From an uncultured Acidobacteriaceae bacterium (GTDB lineage: Bacteria > Acidobacteriota > Terriglobia > Terriglobales > Acidobacteriaceae), in NCBI GenBank assembly GCA_963826915.1, contig CAWGYG010000008.1, positions 69,485 through 133,484 on the forward strand: a stretch of 64,000 nt of DNA, written 5' to 3'. This document shows positions 25,723 through 35,858 of the stretch, piece after piece (the first letter of the stretch is position 1; each line of letters opens with the position of its first letter). The position numbers and the translations under genes are program-made. Below the pieces are notes generated by a model. That model was given only the letters and a program-made list of their open reading frames with translations. It was not told where the DNA came from and made no database searches.

Positions 25723-26531
25723 GTTACAACTCTCGCGCCTGCCAACAGCGCTGCAAGCGCGGCGCCTGGATCGCGCTGGCGCATCAGGCTCTCACCAATA
25801 AGAAAAGCGTCGTATCCTGCAGCACGCAAGCGCTCCAAATCCACAGAGCTTCTGATTCCACTTTCGGCAACGCGCACCAAGTTAGCGGGGATGCGGTCTA
25901 CAAGTTCGAGCGAAGTCTCCATCCGTACGTCAAAAGTCATCAAATCGCGGTTGTTCACGCCGATGGAATCTGCTCCGGTTTCGCCCAGCGAATCAAGCAC
26001 TCGGTCAAGTTCGGTACTCGTATGTACTTCCACCAGAACATCGAGCGACAGTTCGTGGGCAACCTCCGAGAATCGCTTCATCTCTTGATTCGTCAACGCC
26101 GCGGCGATCAGCAGAACTGCATCAGCGCGATGAGCGCGGGCTTCGACGATCTGATACTCGTCCACCATGAAATCCTTGCGCAGGCAGGGCAGCTGCACCG
26201 CCTCTGAAGCTAGTTCAAGATTCCGCAGACTACCCTCGAAAAAAGGCGCATCGGTAAGCACCGAAAGTGCGGCCGCACCCCCGTCCTGGTACCGACCGGC
26301 CAGCCAGGGCACATCGAAGTCTTTGCGGATCAGTCCTTTGGAAGGAGACGCCTTCTTGATTTCGGCGATCACAGCCGCCTGCGACTCAGCTCCTCGCCGC
26401 AGGGCCAAAACCCAACCCCGCGGCGGGTGCAGACCCGCTCGACGCTCAAGTTCGGCGACCGGCACCTGCCGCTTGGCCGCCGCAACCATGGCTCGTGTTG
26501 AAACAAGAATTGAGTCCAGTCGCGTAGTCAT
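25719..26531 (-). CDS. trpC: Indole-3-glycerol phosphate synthase
   Basis: The track ORF extends to 26825 and overlaps glgP. The plausible start is ATG 26531 (MTTRLDSIL...). Motifs IAEIKKASPSKGLIRKDF, LSVLTD..FF.GS, LRKDF, EVH and GVNNRDL. Confidence 0.9.
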   Translation of the reverse strand: MTTRLDSILVSTRAMVAAAKRQVPVAELERRAGLHPPRGWVLALRRGAESQAAVIAEIKKASPSKGLIRKDFDVPWLAGRYQDGGAAALSVLTDAPFFEGSLRNLELASEAVQLPCLRKDFMVDEYQIVEARAHRADAVLLIAAALTNQEMKRFSEVAHELSLDVLVEVHTSTELDRVLDSLGETGADSIGVNNRDLMTFDVRMETSLELVDRIPANLVRVAESGIRSSVDLERLRAAGYDAFLIGESLMRQRDPGAALAALLAGARVVT

Positions 26532-26665
26532 GCACTGGGTTAAGTATACGAGGTGCCAGCTCCATTGCTGCGTCCCCGCCCAGACCAGAGTCCTGAACCC
26601 GGCATCAACTCGTTGGACCTTGTTGATCCCTTCGCTCTCGAAATCGATGGTCCGCGAACCGTGAA

Positions 26666-29170
26666 CTACAACTGGATTTTCACCGGCCAGGTCCTCCAGA
26701 TGTCGGCACAATAATCCCGAATCGCGCGGTCGGACGAGAACTTTCCAATCCGCGCAACGTTCAGGATTGACATACGCGTCCAATCCTCCTGGTTCAGGTA
26801 GGCCGCGCTCACTGCGTCCTGACAATCAACATAGGATTGGTAGTCGGCAAGCAGCATGTAGTCATCGCTGGTCAAAAGAGCATTGAGCAGTGGTTCGAAC
26901 AAGTATCGATCACCATGAGAGAACTCTCCGCTGGTAAGTGAATCCAGCGTCTCGCGCAGGTTGGAGTTCGACTCGTAAATCAGGCGCGGGTTGTATCCCT
27001 CCTTCTTGCGCTGTTCTACCTGGGAAGCCGTCAGCCCGAAGAGAAAGAAATTTTCTGTACCCACTTCCTCGCGAATTTCGATATTCGCCCCATCCAGCGT
27101 CCCGATAGTGATTGAGCCATTCATGGCGAATTTCATGTTCCCAGTTCCGGACGCTTCTTTCCCTGCCAGCGAAATCTGCTCCGACAGATCGGCAGCCGGA
27201 TACACTCTCTGACCCAGTTTTACGTTGTAATCAGGTAAGAAAACGACTTTCAGCCTCCCCCTCACCAGAGGATCGGAATTGATTGCCTCGCCGACAGAGT
27301 GGATCAACTTGATAATGAGCTTGGCCATCCGATATCCGGGAGCAGCCTTGCCCCCAAATAAAAATGTACGGGGAACTACTTCGGCATTTGGATCGCGTTG
27401 GATGCGCTTCAAGAGTGTCAGGATGTGCAGAATCTGAAGGTGCTGACGCTTGTATTCATGCAGCCGCTTCACCAGCACATCGAACATCGAGTCAGCGTCG
27501 GTCGCGATTCCAAGCCTGTCATGAATGAATGCGGAGAGTTGAAGTTTGTTCCTCTTCTTGATTGCTCTCCATTCCTGGCAAAACTGCGCGTCCTCGACGA
27601 GCGGTTCCAGACGGCGCAGCTTTTCAAGGTCTCGAACCCAACCTGGGCCTAAACGTTCCGTGAGCAGTTGCGCGAGATGGGGATTGCTTAGAACCATCCA
27701 GCGCCGCGGCGTCACTCCATTGGTCTTGTTTGAAAACTTTTCGGGCGTGAGCGTGTAGAAATCATTGAGCACATTTGTTTTGAGCAGTTCCGTGTGAAGT
27801 GCAGCAACCCCATTGACGGCATGGCTCCCCAATGCCGCCAGATGCGCCATGCGCACGTACTTCTCGCCGCTGCCTCCGTTCTCATTGATTAGAGATAGTC
27901 TCTGAACAACTCCGTCATCGCCCGGAAACTGCCTGCGCACGTTTTCCAGATGACGTCGGTTGATCTCCTCGATGATCTCGAGGTGTCGTGGTAAGAGCGT
28001 TCCGAACAGGCCCCACGGCCACTGCTCCAGAGCCTCAGGAAGCAGAGTGTGGTTGGTATAGGAGAGTGCGTGTTGAGTGACATGCCACGCAGCATCCCAT
28101 TCCATGGAGTGTTCGTCGACCAGCAGCCGCATCAGCTCCGCTACCGCGATGGCCGGATGCGTGTCGTTCATCTGGATCGCGAAGCTCCTATGCAATTCGG
28201 CGAGCGGACGATGCTGCGTCGTCTGGATGCGCAGAATATGCTGCAAACTGCACGACACGAAAAAGAATTGCTGCGCAAGACGCAATTCCTTTCCTTGAAT
28301 GCCATCGTCATTGGGATACAGGATCTTCGAGATGTTCTCCGACGATACCTTGTCGGCCACGGCACCCAGAAAATCGCCGTGATTGAAGGTCTCAAAGTCG
28401 AAACTTTCAACCGCCTGCGCTGACCAGAGGCGCATCGTGTTCGCCGTGTTGGTGCGATAGCCCAAAATCGGCGTATCGTGGGGCACTCCGCGCACCACTT
28501 TTTGCGGAATCCACTCCACATGCTGGCGCCCCTTGACATCTGTGTGCCTCTCCGTCCGCCCACCCATCTTCACTTCAAAAGCATCTTCAGGGCGCTCCAG
28601 GGCCCAGGGATTCCCCAGCCGCAGCCACTTGTCGGTTAACTCAACCTGCCATCCGTCGCGGATCTGCTGGTCGAAGATTCCATATTCGTAGCGAATACCG
28701 TACCCAATCGCCGGTATATCCATTGTTGCCAGCGAATCCATGAAACACGCTGCAAGCCGCCCCAGGCCGCCGTTACCGAGCCCTGGCTCTTCTTCCTGTT
28801 CGATCAGGGTGTTCAGATCGATCCCAAGCCGCTTCATGGCCTGGTCGGTCTCGTCGTATATGCCAAGGTTGATGAGGTTATTGGCGAGATGAGGCCCGGT
28901 TAGAAACTCCGCAGACAGGTAACAGACCACCCGCACATCTTGTGCCTGGTAGTTCTGTACTGTCGAAGTCCATCGCTCCACGAGCCGGTCGCGGACTGTA
29001 TGCGCCAGCGCCATATAAAGGTCATTCAGGGTGGCTCTCTCGACTGAGCGGCCCTGCACGAACAACAGGTTGTCTAGAAATGATTGGGTCAGGGCTTCTA
29101 CATCAAGCGCGGTTCTCTGGCTATTCTGCGATTCAGCCCGCAACGCTAACGCAGGAAGTTTTCCCGGCAT
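26666..29170 (-). CDS. glgP: Glycogen/maltodextrin phosphorylase
   Basis: 834 aa. Motifs YLSAEFL.G, EEPGLGNGGLGRLAACF, HTLLPEALE and EASGTGNMKFAMNG (PLP-Lys region). Confidence 0.95.
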   Translation of the reverse strand: MPGKLPALALRAESQNSQRTALDVEALTQSFLDNLLFVQGRSVERATLNDLYMALAHTVRDRLVERWTSTVQNYQAQDVRVVCYLSAEFLTGPHLANNLINLGIYDETDQAMKRLGIDLNTLIEQEEEPGLGNGGLGRLAACFMDSLATMDIPAIGYGIRYEYGIFDQQIRDGWQVELTDKWLRLGNPWALERPEDAFEVKMGGRTERHTDVKGRQHVEWIPQKVVRGVPHDTPILGYRTNTANTMRLWSAQAVESFDFETFNHGDFLGAVADKVSSENISKILYPNDDGIQGKELRLAQQFFFVSCSLQHILRIQTTQHRPLAELHRSFAIQMNDTHPAIAVAELMRLLVDEHSMEWDAAWHVTQHALSYTNHTLLPEALEQWPWGLFGTLLPRHLEIIEEINRRHLENVRRQFPGDDGVVQRLSLINENGGSGEKYVRMAHLAALGSHAVNGVAALHTELLKTNVLNDFYTLTPEKFSNKTNGVTPRRWMVLSNPHLAQLLTERLGPGWVRDLEKLRRLEPLVEDAQFCQEWRAIKKRNKLQLSAFIHDRLGIATDADSMFDVLVKRLHEYKRQHLQILHILTLLKRIQRDPNAEVVPRTFLFGGKAAPGYRMAKLIIKLIHSVGEAINSDPLVRGRLKVVFLPDYNVKLGQRVYPAADLSEQISLAGKEASGTGNMKFAMNGSITIGTLDGANIEIREEVGTENFFLFGLTASQVEQRKKEGYNPRLIYESNSNLRETLDSLTSGEFSHGDRYLFEPLLNALLTSDDYMLLADYQSYVDCQDAVSAAYLNQEDWTRMSILNVARIGKFSSDRAIRDYCADIWRTWPVKIQL

Positions 29171-29402
29171 CTTCCACCTCGCTCCATCATGCGGAGCGGA
29201 CCCCGCTTAAGGGATTCCCTCTCCCACCATAGATTTGAAAGCGGAAGATCTTGCGGAAAAGGAAAACGAATAGCCTAGGGGTAGAATGCTAATCGGCCCA
29301 TTATGGAATGCTGTCCAACAAGGGAATCCTGGATCTGCATTTGGCTTCCAGCCTCAATTTTGGAGGTCGAGTGGAGTCGGCGATCAAGCATATGCGATTC
29401 AA

Positions 29403-29478
<76 letters not shown>

Positions 29479-29778
29479 AGGTTGTCAGTAACTATTGTAA
29501 CTTGTTGATCTTACGTCCATCTACATGCCACCTTCTCCAGCTCATCTTTTGTGCCGGTGTCACTTCTGGTGTCACTTCGTTTTTCGTTTCTTTCGCCAGT
29601 CTTACATAACCGTTCGACGGCGGCTAGTTCGCGGGCCGCCAGTCAGTCGTCTTCATCCGATACAGACTATCCTCTGGCCGCAGACGGCTGCCATGGCCGC
29701 GCTTGGAGTTGGTTTGCTCACCATCGCCATTCTGCGCTTCCACAAAGCACTCGAGTGAGCTTGCCCGGCGGACCTTGA

Positions 29779-31074
29779 TTATGGAATGGCCGCAGAATCT
29801 GCGGAAAGAATGGTTCCTGTGCACTCGCCAAAACCCAATCTCGGCAACCCCGGCTTGCTCGTGTATCCGTGCAATGTAATCTCATCGCCGTCTTCGAGAA
29901 AGGTCCTCGTATCTCCATCCGGTAAGCGGATCGGCTCTCCTCGGTGTTTCATTTCCAGCAAGCAGCCCTCAGATCCCTGCTCCGGCCCGGAAATTGTGCC
30001 AGTGGCAAGCAGATCACCAGGGCGCAGGTTGCAACCGTTGCTGGCGTGATGTGTGAGTAGTTGTGCAATGGACCAATACAAATCGCGCAGGTTGCCGGTT
30101 GATAGCAATAGGGGATGGATGCCTGCTTCGCGCATCTTCTCTGACCGGATGTAAACCTCAAGCGTTAGGTCAAAGCCTTCCTTAATTCCTGCCTTGGGCA
30201 ATAAATACGGCAAGGGTTCCGGATCTCCTTCAGGTCTATTCGTCACGGGAACGCGGTACGGCTCCAACGCCTCAAGCGGAACTACCCAAGGGGAGATTGT
30301 GGTCGCGAAGTTTTTCGCCAGGAACGGCCCGAGCGGCTGGTACTCCCAAGACTGGATATCGCGCGCCGACCAGTCGTTCACGAGGCAGAGACCGAAGATG
30401 TGCTGCTCTGCTTCAGAAATTGGAATGCGTTCGCCGAGATGATTGCCCGCACCTACAAAAATGCCGACCTCTAATTCATAGTCGAGAGAACGTGATGGCC
30501 CATACTCTGGTTCGGCCGCTGAAGTCTTGGTTTGTCCGGACGGCCTTCGAATATCCTGACCGCTCGCGACGATTGAGGAAGCTCGGCCATGGTATCCAAT
30601 CGGTACATATTTGTAGTTCGGCAACAAGGGATTGTCGGGGCGAAAAAGCTTGCCCACCCGCGTAGCGTGATGGATCGATGCATAGAAGTCGGTATAGTCG
30701 CCGATCCGCGCCGGAAGCTGCATCACTGCCTCGTGCATAGGAACCAGCAGAGCCTGGACACGAGATCGCGTGTGCTCATCCGCAGTATCTGCGCCGAGAA
30801 GCGATGTAACTTGGAGCCGCAGAGCCGACCACGCGCGTGGGCCGAGCGACATTAGAAGATTGAGCGATTCAACCTTACAGGATTCCGCAATCTCATCCGA
30901 GAGGCCTGCGAAGAGTCCCTGATCAGTACAAGCGCACAGGTCGAGAATCTGGTCGCCGATCGCGATCCCGATTCGAGTTTGCTCATGATGGCGAAACACG
31001 CCGTAGGGCAGATTCTGTAATGGAAAGTCCGTTTCGGGATCATTTGCCGAAGTAACCCAACTTGTCAGAGCCAT
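29779..31074 (-). CDS. fahA: Fumarylacetoacetase
   Basis: FPLQNLPYGVF, long FAH N- and C-terminal domains, and GDLLATGTISG. Confidence 0.9.
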   Translation of the reverse strand: MALTSWVTSANDPETDFPLQNLPYGVFRHHEQTRIGIAIGDQILDLCACTDQGLFAGLSDEIAESCKVESLNLLMSLGPRAWSALRLQVTSLLGADTADEHTRSRVQALLVPMHEAVMQLPARIGDYTDFYASIHHATRVGKLFRPDNPLLPNYKYVPIGYHGRASSIVASGQDIRRPSGQTKTSAAEPEYGPSRSLDYELEVGIFVGAGNHLGERIPISEAEQHIFGLCLVNDWSARDIQSWEYQPLGPFLAKNFATTISPWVVPLEALEPYRVPVTNRPEGDPEPLPYLLPKAGIKEGFDLTLEVYIRSEKMREAGIHPLLLSTGNLRDLYWSIAQLLTHHASNGCNLRPGDLLATGTISGPEQGSEGCLLEMKHRGEPIRLPDGDTRTFLEDGDEITLHGYTSKPGLPRLGFGECTGTILSADSAAIP

Positions 31075-31919
31075 CCCAGAGCCTCCAGATCGTCTATCGG
31101 CTCTTCAAAGGAGCAGCTTCCAAAGCTGATGAAAAACCGCTCCCGAACCAACTCCAAAATTTCTGCACTCAGATCCAGGGTTCTCCAACGAATTGCGCCA
31201 TCATTGAGGCTCCAGGCGCGTGGATCTTCTTCTTCAAGCAGACGTTGCGCATAGGAGGCTTCACCACCAGAATAGACGAGTGCCGAAGCACACGCGAGAT
31301 TCAAGAAGCCGTGCATCTTTCCGGTGGGGCTGTCGGCCTCATAGGTGAGTCGGTGGTGCGAGCGAATGGGGTGATGCAACCCTGCAGTTGCCTTAAATGG
31401 GATGCGCCGAGCGGCAAGGGCCTTCAACATATTAGCAATTCCAAGGGTTGACGGAAGCGCTTCCGGAATCAACCCACCCATTCTGAGCTTCGCACGCGAC
31501 CCTGTATCCGAAATTGCGTCAAGGATCTCCAAGTTGCGTGATTCAATCGGCACTTCGAAGTACATCGTCACGCTTGATGGAGCTTGCTTGCTGACGCGCA
31601 CGATTTCAGAAGGCTGATCACACTTGATCTCGATCATGTCGACTGGCGGTCCTTTGTCAACTTGCCTGGATATCGAGTCCCAATCAAAAGACGAATTTCG
31701 AATTAAGCTGAACCTAAACTCGCCTTTTGAATCGCCAGTCGCCTCGCAAAGGTCAGTCAGTCGATTTGCATCCACAATGAATCGACCCAGTGCCCAACCG
31801 TGTTTGCTGCGCTTGTATCCAAGATAGTTCTGTGCAGCTGTTTGCAGGTTGAGGCTCGCGGGCGGGTACATACCCGCATAGTCGATTAAGCCTCTGAGCA
31901 AGCTGTCGATTGCGCTCAT
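31065..31919 (-). CDS. Conserved-looking hypothetical protein (284 aa) embedded in the homogentisate operon
   Basis: ATGA overlap with the hmgA stop (31916-31919) and a 10-nt overlap with the fahA start. No family motif recognised. Contains KATAGLHHP and MHGFLN. Confidence 0.7.
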   Translation of the reverse strand: MSAIDSLLRGLIDYAGMYPPASLNLQTAAQNYLGYKRSKHGWALGRFIVDANRLTDLCEATGDSKGEFRFSLIRNSSFDWDSISRQVDKGPPVDMIEIKCDQPSEIVRVSKQAPSSVTMYFEVPIESRNLEILDAISDTGSRAKLRMGGLIPEALPSTLGIANMLKALAARRIPFKATAGLHHPIRSHHRLTYEADSPTGKMHGFLNLACASALVYSGGEASYAQRLLEEEDPRAWSLNDGAIRWRTLDLSAEILELVRERFFISFGSCSFEEPIDDLEALGWL

Positions 31920-33235
31920 TTTCTCTTTGTCTTAGGGTTCGACCCGGGCTTGAAGTGCCGCTTCAGACCCTGCCAACATTCAAAGTATTCATGCTGCAAG
32001 ATCCTGGTGTTCATCGCAAACTCGGTGGGACGCACCACCAACTGCGTTTCAAACATGAACGCTAGGGTATTTGCAAGATACTGCGGTTTCAGATCCGCAG
32101 CCGTCGCCCGTTCGAATGTCTCTGCGTCTGGGCCATGGCCAGCCATGCAGTTGTGAAGGCTGGCTCCTCCGGGCACAAATCCTTCGGCTTTTGCATCGTA
32201 TGCACCGAAGACAAGGCCCATAAACTCATTCATCAGGTTGCGATGAAACCAGGGCGGACGGAATGTGTGTTCCGCGACCATCCATCGCGGTGGAAAAATT
32301 GCAAAGTCACAGTTTGCTGTGCCGGGTACAGAAGACGGCGCACTCAACACCGTGTAGATCGAAGGATCCGGATGATCAAAAGAGACAGTGTTGATGCAGT
32401 TGAAGCGCGCCAGATCATATTTATAAGGAGTGTAGTTTCCATGCCATGCCACGACATCGAGTGGCGAGTGGTTGATTGCTGCCGACCAAAGCCTGCCGAG
32501 AAACTTGGCTGTAATATGAAAGTCTCCTCTGCGATCCACATAGGCTGCCACAGGAGCCTTAAAGTCGCGCGGATTGGCCAGCCCGTTGGCACCGATTGGA
32601 CCCAATTCCGGCAGGCGGAATGGAAGTCCATAGTTCTCGCAGATATACCCGCGAGCTTGCTTCTCCACCAGCGCGACGCGGAATTTGACACCGCGTGGAA
32701 TCACACAGATTTCGCCCGGCGCGACCTCCAGAATTCCTAGCTCCGTGTGGAATTCCAATGCTCCCAGTTGCGGAACAATCAGCATCTCCCCATCGGCGCT
32801 GTAGAAGAAGCGGTCTCGCATGGTCGAGTTGGCTGCATACAAGTGAATGGCCACGCCGGTCTGCATCGCCGGATCGCCATTTCCACCGAGCGTAACGATT
32901 CCGTCAACGAAGTCAGTCTTCTCCGTAGGAATCGGCAGCGGATCCCAGCGCAGTTGGTTCGGACTGGTCGGCGTCTCAAGGAACGGTCCGCTGCGAATCA
33001 GCCGTACAGGTATCTCTTCATAGGGGCGATGAGTTACCGAAGGCCGTATGCGATAGGTCCATGTGCGCCGATTGGTGGCCCGCGGCGCTGTAAAGGGCGT
33101 GCCACTGAACTGCTCGGTATACAAACCGAGTGGATGCTTTTGCGGTGCATTCTGTCCCGCAGGCAGTGCTCCTCGAACTGCCTCGGTAGCGAACTCGTTG
33201 CCGAACCCGCTCTGATATCTAATTTCATCGGACAT
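31916..33235 (-). CDS. hmgA: Homogentisate 1,2-dioxygenase
   Basis: [13 protein letters not shown]...QNAPQK.PLGLY.EQ.SGT.FTAPR...FESCL-type C-terminal region; 439 aa. Confidence 0.95.
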   Translation of the reverse strand: MSDEIRYQSGFGNEFATEAVRGALPAGQNAPQKHPLGLYTEQFSGTPFTAPRATNRRTWTYRIRPSVTHRPYEEIPVRLIRSGPFLETPTSPNQLRWDPLPIPTEKTDFVDGIVTLGGNGDPAMQTGVAIHLYAANSTMRDRFFYSADGEMLIVPQLGALEFHTELGILEVAPGEICVIPRGVKFRVALVEKQARGYICENYGLPFRLPELGPIGANGLANPRDFKAPVAAYVDRRGDFHITAKFLGRLWSAAINHSPLDVVAWHGNYTPYKYDLARFNCINTVSFDHPDPSIYTVLSAPSSVPGTANCDFAIFPPRWMVAEHTFRPPWFHRNLMNEFMGLVFGAYDAKAEGFVPGGASLHNCMAGHGPDAETFERATAADLKPQYLANTLAFMFETQLVVRPTEFAMNTRILQHEYFECWQGLKRHFKPGSNPKTKRK

Positions 33236-33247
33236 GAAAGAAACCTC

Positions 33248-34000
33248 TCACAAACAGCCGGCCGTTGTGCGGCGTTCTGCCTCGTGCATTGCGTCATAGA
33301 TCTGGTCGAAATCCTTCACTGCAAACAACAGCTTGTGTAGCTCGTTGACCTTAACCGGCGTTCGCAGCACCTCGTCCAGCGAGAAATCGTGAATCGCGCA
33401 ATGGCCGTCAATGACATTCTTGCATTCGCCATGCGAACTTATCAGCCCACTGCCGTACACCTTGATCTCGTCCTTTTCACGAATCACGCCAAATTCGACC
33501 GTGTACCAGAACAGGCGTCCCAGTTTTTCTAATACTCCGGCATCTTCAATTGAAGCGCAAACCCGCCCGTAGCGCTCCAGAAAGTCCGCGAATACCGCAT
33601 GCGCATGCATCGGCACATGGCCGAAGACATCATGGAAAATGTCCGGTTCAGGCGTGTACTCCAGCGATTCTCTGCTTCGCAGCCACGTCGTCGTTGGAAA
33701 TTGGCGCGCAGCCAGCATCTCAAAAAACGCGGGCGCCGGCAGAAACCCACTTACTGGGGTCGAGTTCCAACCCGTTCTTGGTTCCAGCCGGGCACTGATC
33801 GCTGTGAGCTCGGGCAGACGATCCTTCCTCAGCCCTATAATCTCAAAACCTTCCAGATACTCGTGTGCCGCATGCTTCTCCAATTCGGGAAGCACGCGCC
33901 CAACCAGTTCAGCCCAGATTGCATGATGCTCATCGGTGTAGGCGCGATAGTCCTGTGTAATGACGTAAGGAGCGGCAGCCGACAGTGTTTCGGTTTTCAT
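33248..34000 (-). CDS. phhA: Phenylalanine 4-hydroxylase (pterin-dependent aromatic amino-acid hydroxylase)
   Basis: The EPDIFHDVFGHVPMH iron-binding His pair and FWYTVEFG. Start moved to ATG 34000 (GGAGAG SD). Confidence 0.9.
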   Translation of the reverse strand: MKTETLSAAAPYVITQDYRAYTDEHHAIWAELVGRVLPELEKHAAHEYLEGFEIIGLRKDRLPELTAISARLEPRTGWNSTPVSGFLPAPAFFEMLAARQFPTTTWLRSRESLEYTPEPDIFHDVFGHVPMHAHAVFADFLERYGRVCASIEDAGVLEKLGRLFWYTVEFGVIREKDEIKVYGSGLISSHGECKNVIDGHCAIHDFSLDEVLRTPVKVNELHKLLFAVKDFDQIYDAMHEAERRTTAGCL

Positions 34001-34021
34001 CTCAGCTCTCCACACGTGTGG

Positions 34022-35182
34022 TTAAAGATTGCCTCGTGCCTTCTGTTCGCGTTCAATGGCCTCAAAGAGCGCCTTGAAATTACCCTTCCCAAAGCTGCGG
34101 CTACCCTTCCGCTGGATGATCTCGAAGAACAACGTCGGGCGATCTTCCACGGGACGGGTAAAGATCTGCAGCATGTAGCCTTCGTCGTCGCGATCCACCA
34201 GGATTCCAAGCTCTTCCAACTCATCCACGGGCTCGTCTATCGTCCCGACACGACCCTGCAGCTCCGTGTAGTAGGTATGCGGAACATGCAGAAATTCGAT
34301 CCCCTGGTTGTGGAGTTTCTTGACCGTGTGCAGAATGTCGTCAGTAGCCAGCGCGATGTGCTGCACGCCTGGTCCGGGATAAAAGTCGAGATACTCCTCG
34401 ATCTGCGATTTTTTCTTGCCCTCGGCCGGCTCGTTGATGGGAAATTTCACATATCCATTGCCGTTGGCCATCACCTTGGACATCAGGGCTGAATATTCAG
34501 TCGAAATATCCTTGTCGTCGAAATGCTGATAGAGCGAGAATCCCATCACATTGGCGTAGAACTGGACCCATTCATCCATCTCATGCCAGCCCACATTGCC
34601 CACCATGTGGTCGATGTGCATCAGGCCAACAGGACGAACGACAGGATCGCTCTCGATTGCGCGAAATCCGGGAAGAAACGGCCCGGAGTAGTTCCCACGT
34701 TCCACAAATGTGTGAATCGTATCCCCATACGTCCGAATACTGGACATCAAAACCTGGCCTTGCTCGTCCGCCAAAACGTAAGGCTGGGCTACGCTCACCG
34801 CGCCACGGCTGGTTGTTTCGCTCCAGGCGCGACGAGCATCGTCAACCCACAGCGCAACCACCCGAACGCCATCTCCATGCCGATTCACGTGTTCGGCAAT
34901 CGCATTGCCAGAGCGCAAGGGAGTGGTAAGCACAAAGCGAATCTTTCCCTGCTGGACTACATAGGAAGCGCGATCGCGCTGGCCGGTTTCAGGCCCGGCA
35001 TAGGCCACCAGTGACATTCCGAATGCAGTCCGGTAAAAGTAAGCCGCCTGACGCGCATTGCCGACATAAAACTCAACATGGTCGGTGCCTTTCAGAGGAA
35101 GAAAATCGCTGCCCGTTTCCTGCGGCCCGGCCAGGGCTTGGGACATGAACGGAGTGGTAGCGGAATGCGCGGATGCGCTCAT
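34022..35182 (-). CDS. hppD: 4-hydroxyphenylpyruvate dioxygenase
   Basis: DHVEFYVGNARQAAYFY, the two VOC barrels, GVQHIAL and the C-terminal FFEIIQRKG...FGKGNFKALFEAIEREQ. Start chosen at ATG 35182 behind AGGAGG. Confidence 0.9.
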   Translation of the reverse strand: MSASAHSATTPFMSQALAGPQETGSDFLPLKGTDHVEFYVGNARQAAYFYRTAFGMSLVAYAGPETGQRDRASYVVQQGKIRFVLTTPLRSGNAIAEHVNRHGDGVRVVALWVDDARRAWSETTSRGAVSVAQPYVLADEQGQVLMSSIRTYGDTIHTFVERGNYSGPFLPGFRAIESDPVVRPVGLMHIDHMVGNVGWHEMDEWVQFYANVMGFSLYQHFDDKDISTEYSALMSKVMANGNGYVKFPINEPAEGKKKSQIEEYLDFYPGPGVQHIALATDDILHTVKKLHNQGIEFLHVPHTYYTELQGRVGTIDEPVDELEELGILVDRDDEGYMLQIFTRPVEDRPTLFFEIIQRKGSRSFGKGNFKALFEAIEREQKARGNL

Positions 35183-35354
35183 TGAGGGTACCTCCTGTGC
35201 CGGAAACGACGAAGTGCAATGGGGATATATTCCCGGCTGTCGCATAAGATAGGCCTCGCGTCACATCGCTGAAAATGGGCATTTACCGAAAAATGGCTAC
35301 CAGGACCTAACAAGATTAAGCATAATATTGATGTACCTTAAGGATGACTGGCCT

Positions 35355-35855
35355 ATGACCCATAAGACCATTCCCAACGTCGTCGAGCTCGATGCGATCG
35401 GCTGGAAGATCCTTGAGGGCTTGCAACAGAACGCCCGCCAGTCCTTTGCGGAACTCGGCCGGAAGATTGGCCTTTCTACACCCGCCGTTGCTGAGCGTGT
35501 CCACCGCCTCGAGGAAGCCGGCGTAATCACCGGGTATCATGCCCATCTGGATTCGGCAAAGCTCGGCGTGCCCGTTCGCGTACTGGTGCGCTTGACGATC
35601 CCCGGCGGCGAGATGCAGATTAGCCGAACCGTCACCGCGCTCAAAGACTTGCCTGAGATCAGCCGCTGCCATCGGATCACTGGCGCCGAATCTTTCGTGA
35701 TCGAAGCGGATGTTGTCTCCATCCGCCATCTTGAGGCCCTGATCGACAGGTTGTCCGCTCTGGGAGCGACGTCCACTTCGACCGTCCTGTCCTCGCCGGT
35801 TGAGCGCCGGGATTATCAATCCAAACAGATCGAGGCCTTCGCCAAGTTCCTCTGA
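35355..35855 (+). CDS. Lrp/AsnC-family transcriptional regulator, divergent from the Phe/Tyr catabolic operon
   Basis: LDAIGWKILEGLQQNARQSFAELGRKIGLSTPAVAERVHRLEEAGVITGY (HTH) followed by a RAM/AsnC-type ligand domain. Confidence 0.9.
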   Translation: MTHKTIPNVVELDAIGWKILEGLQQNARQSFAELGRKIGLSTPAVAERVHRLEEAGVITGYHAHLDSAKLGVPVRVLVRLTIPGGEMQISRTVTALKDLPEISRCHRITGAESFVIEADVVSIRHLEALIDRLSALGATSTSTVLSSPVERRDYQSKQIEAFAKFL

Positions 35856-35858
35856 CGT

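Noticed and set aside
25719-26825. Long N-terminal extensions of track ORFs (trpC to 26825; double-GT2 to 5484; scoB to 43619; cspA to 60677; ppc from 57371)
   Set aside because: The extensions overlap the upstream genes and lack homology-like sequence. Internal starts with SD sequences or ATGA/TAA-N4-GTG coupling give proteins of canonical length and canonical N-termini.
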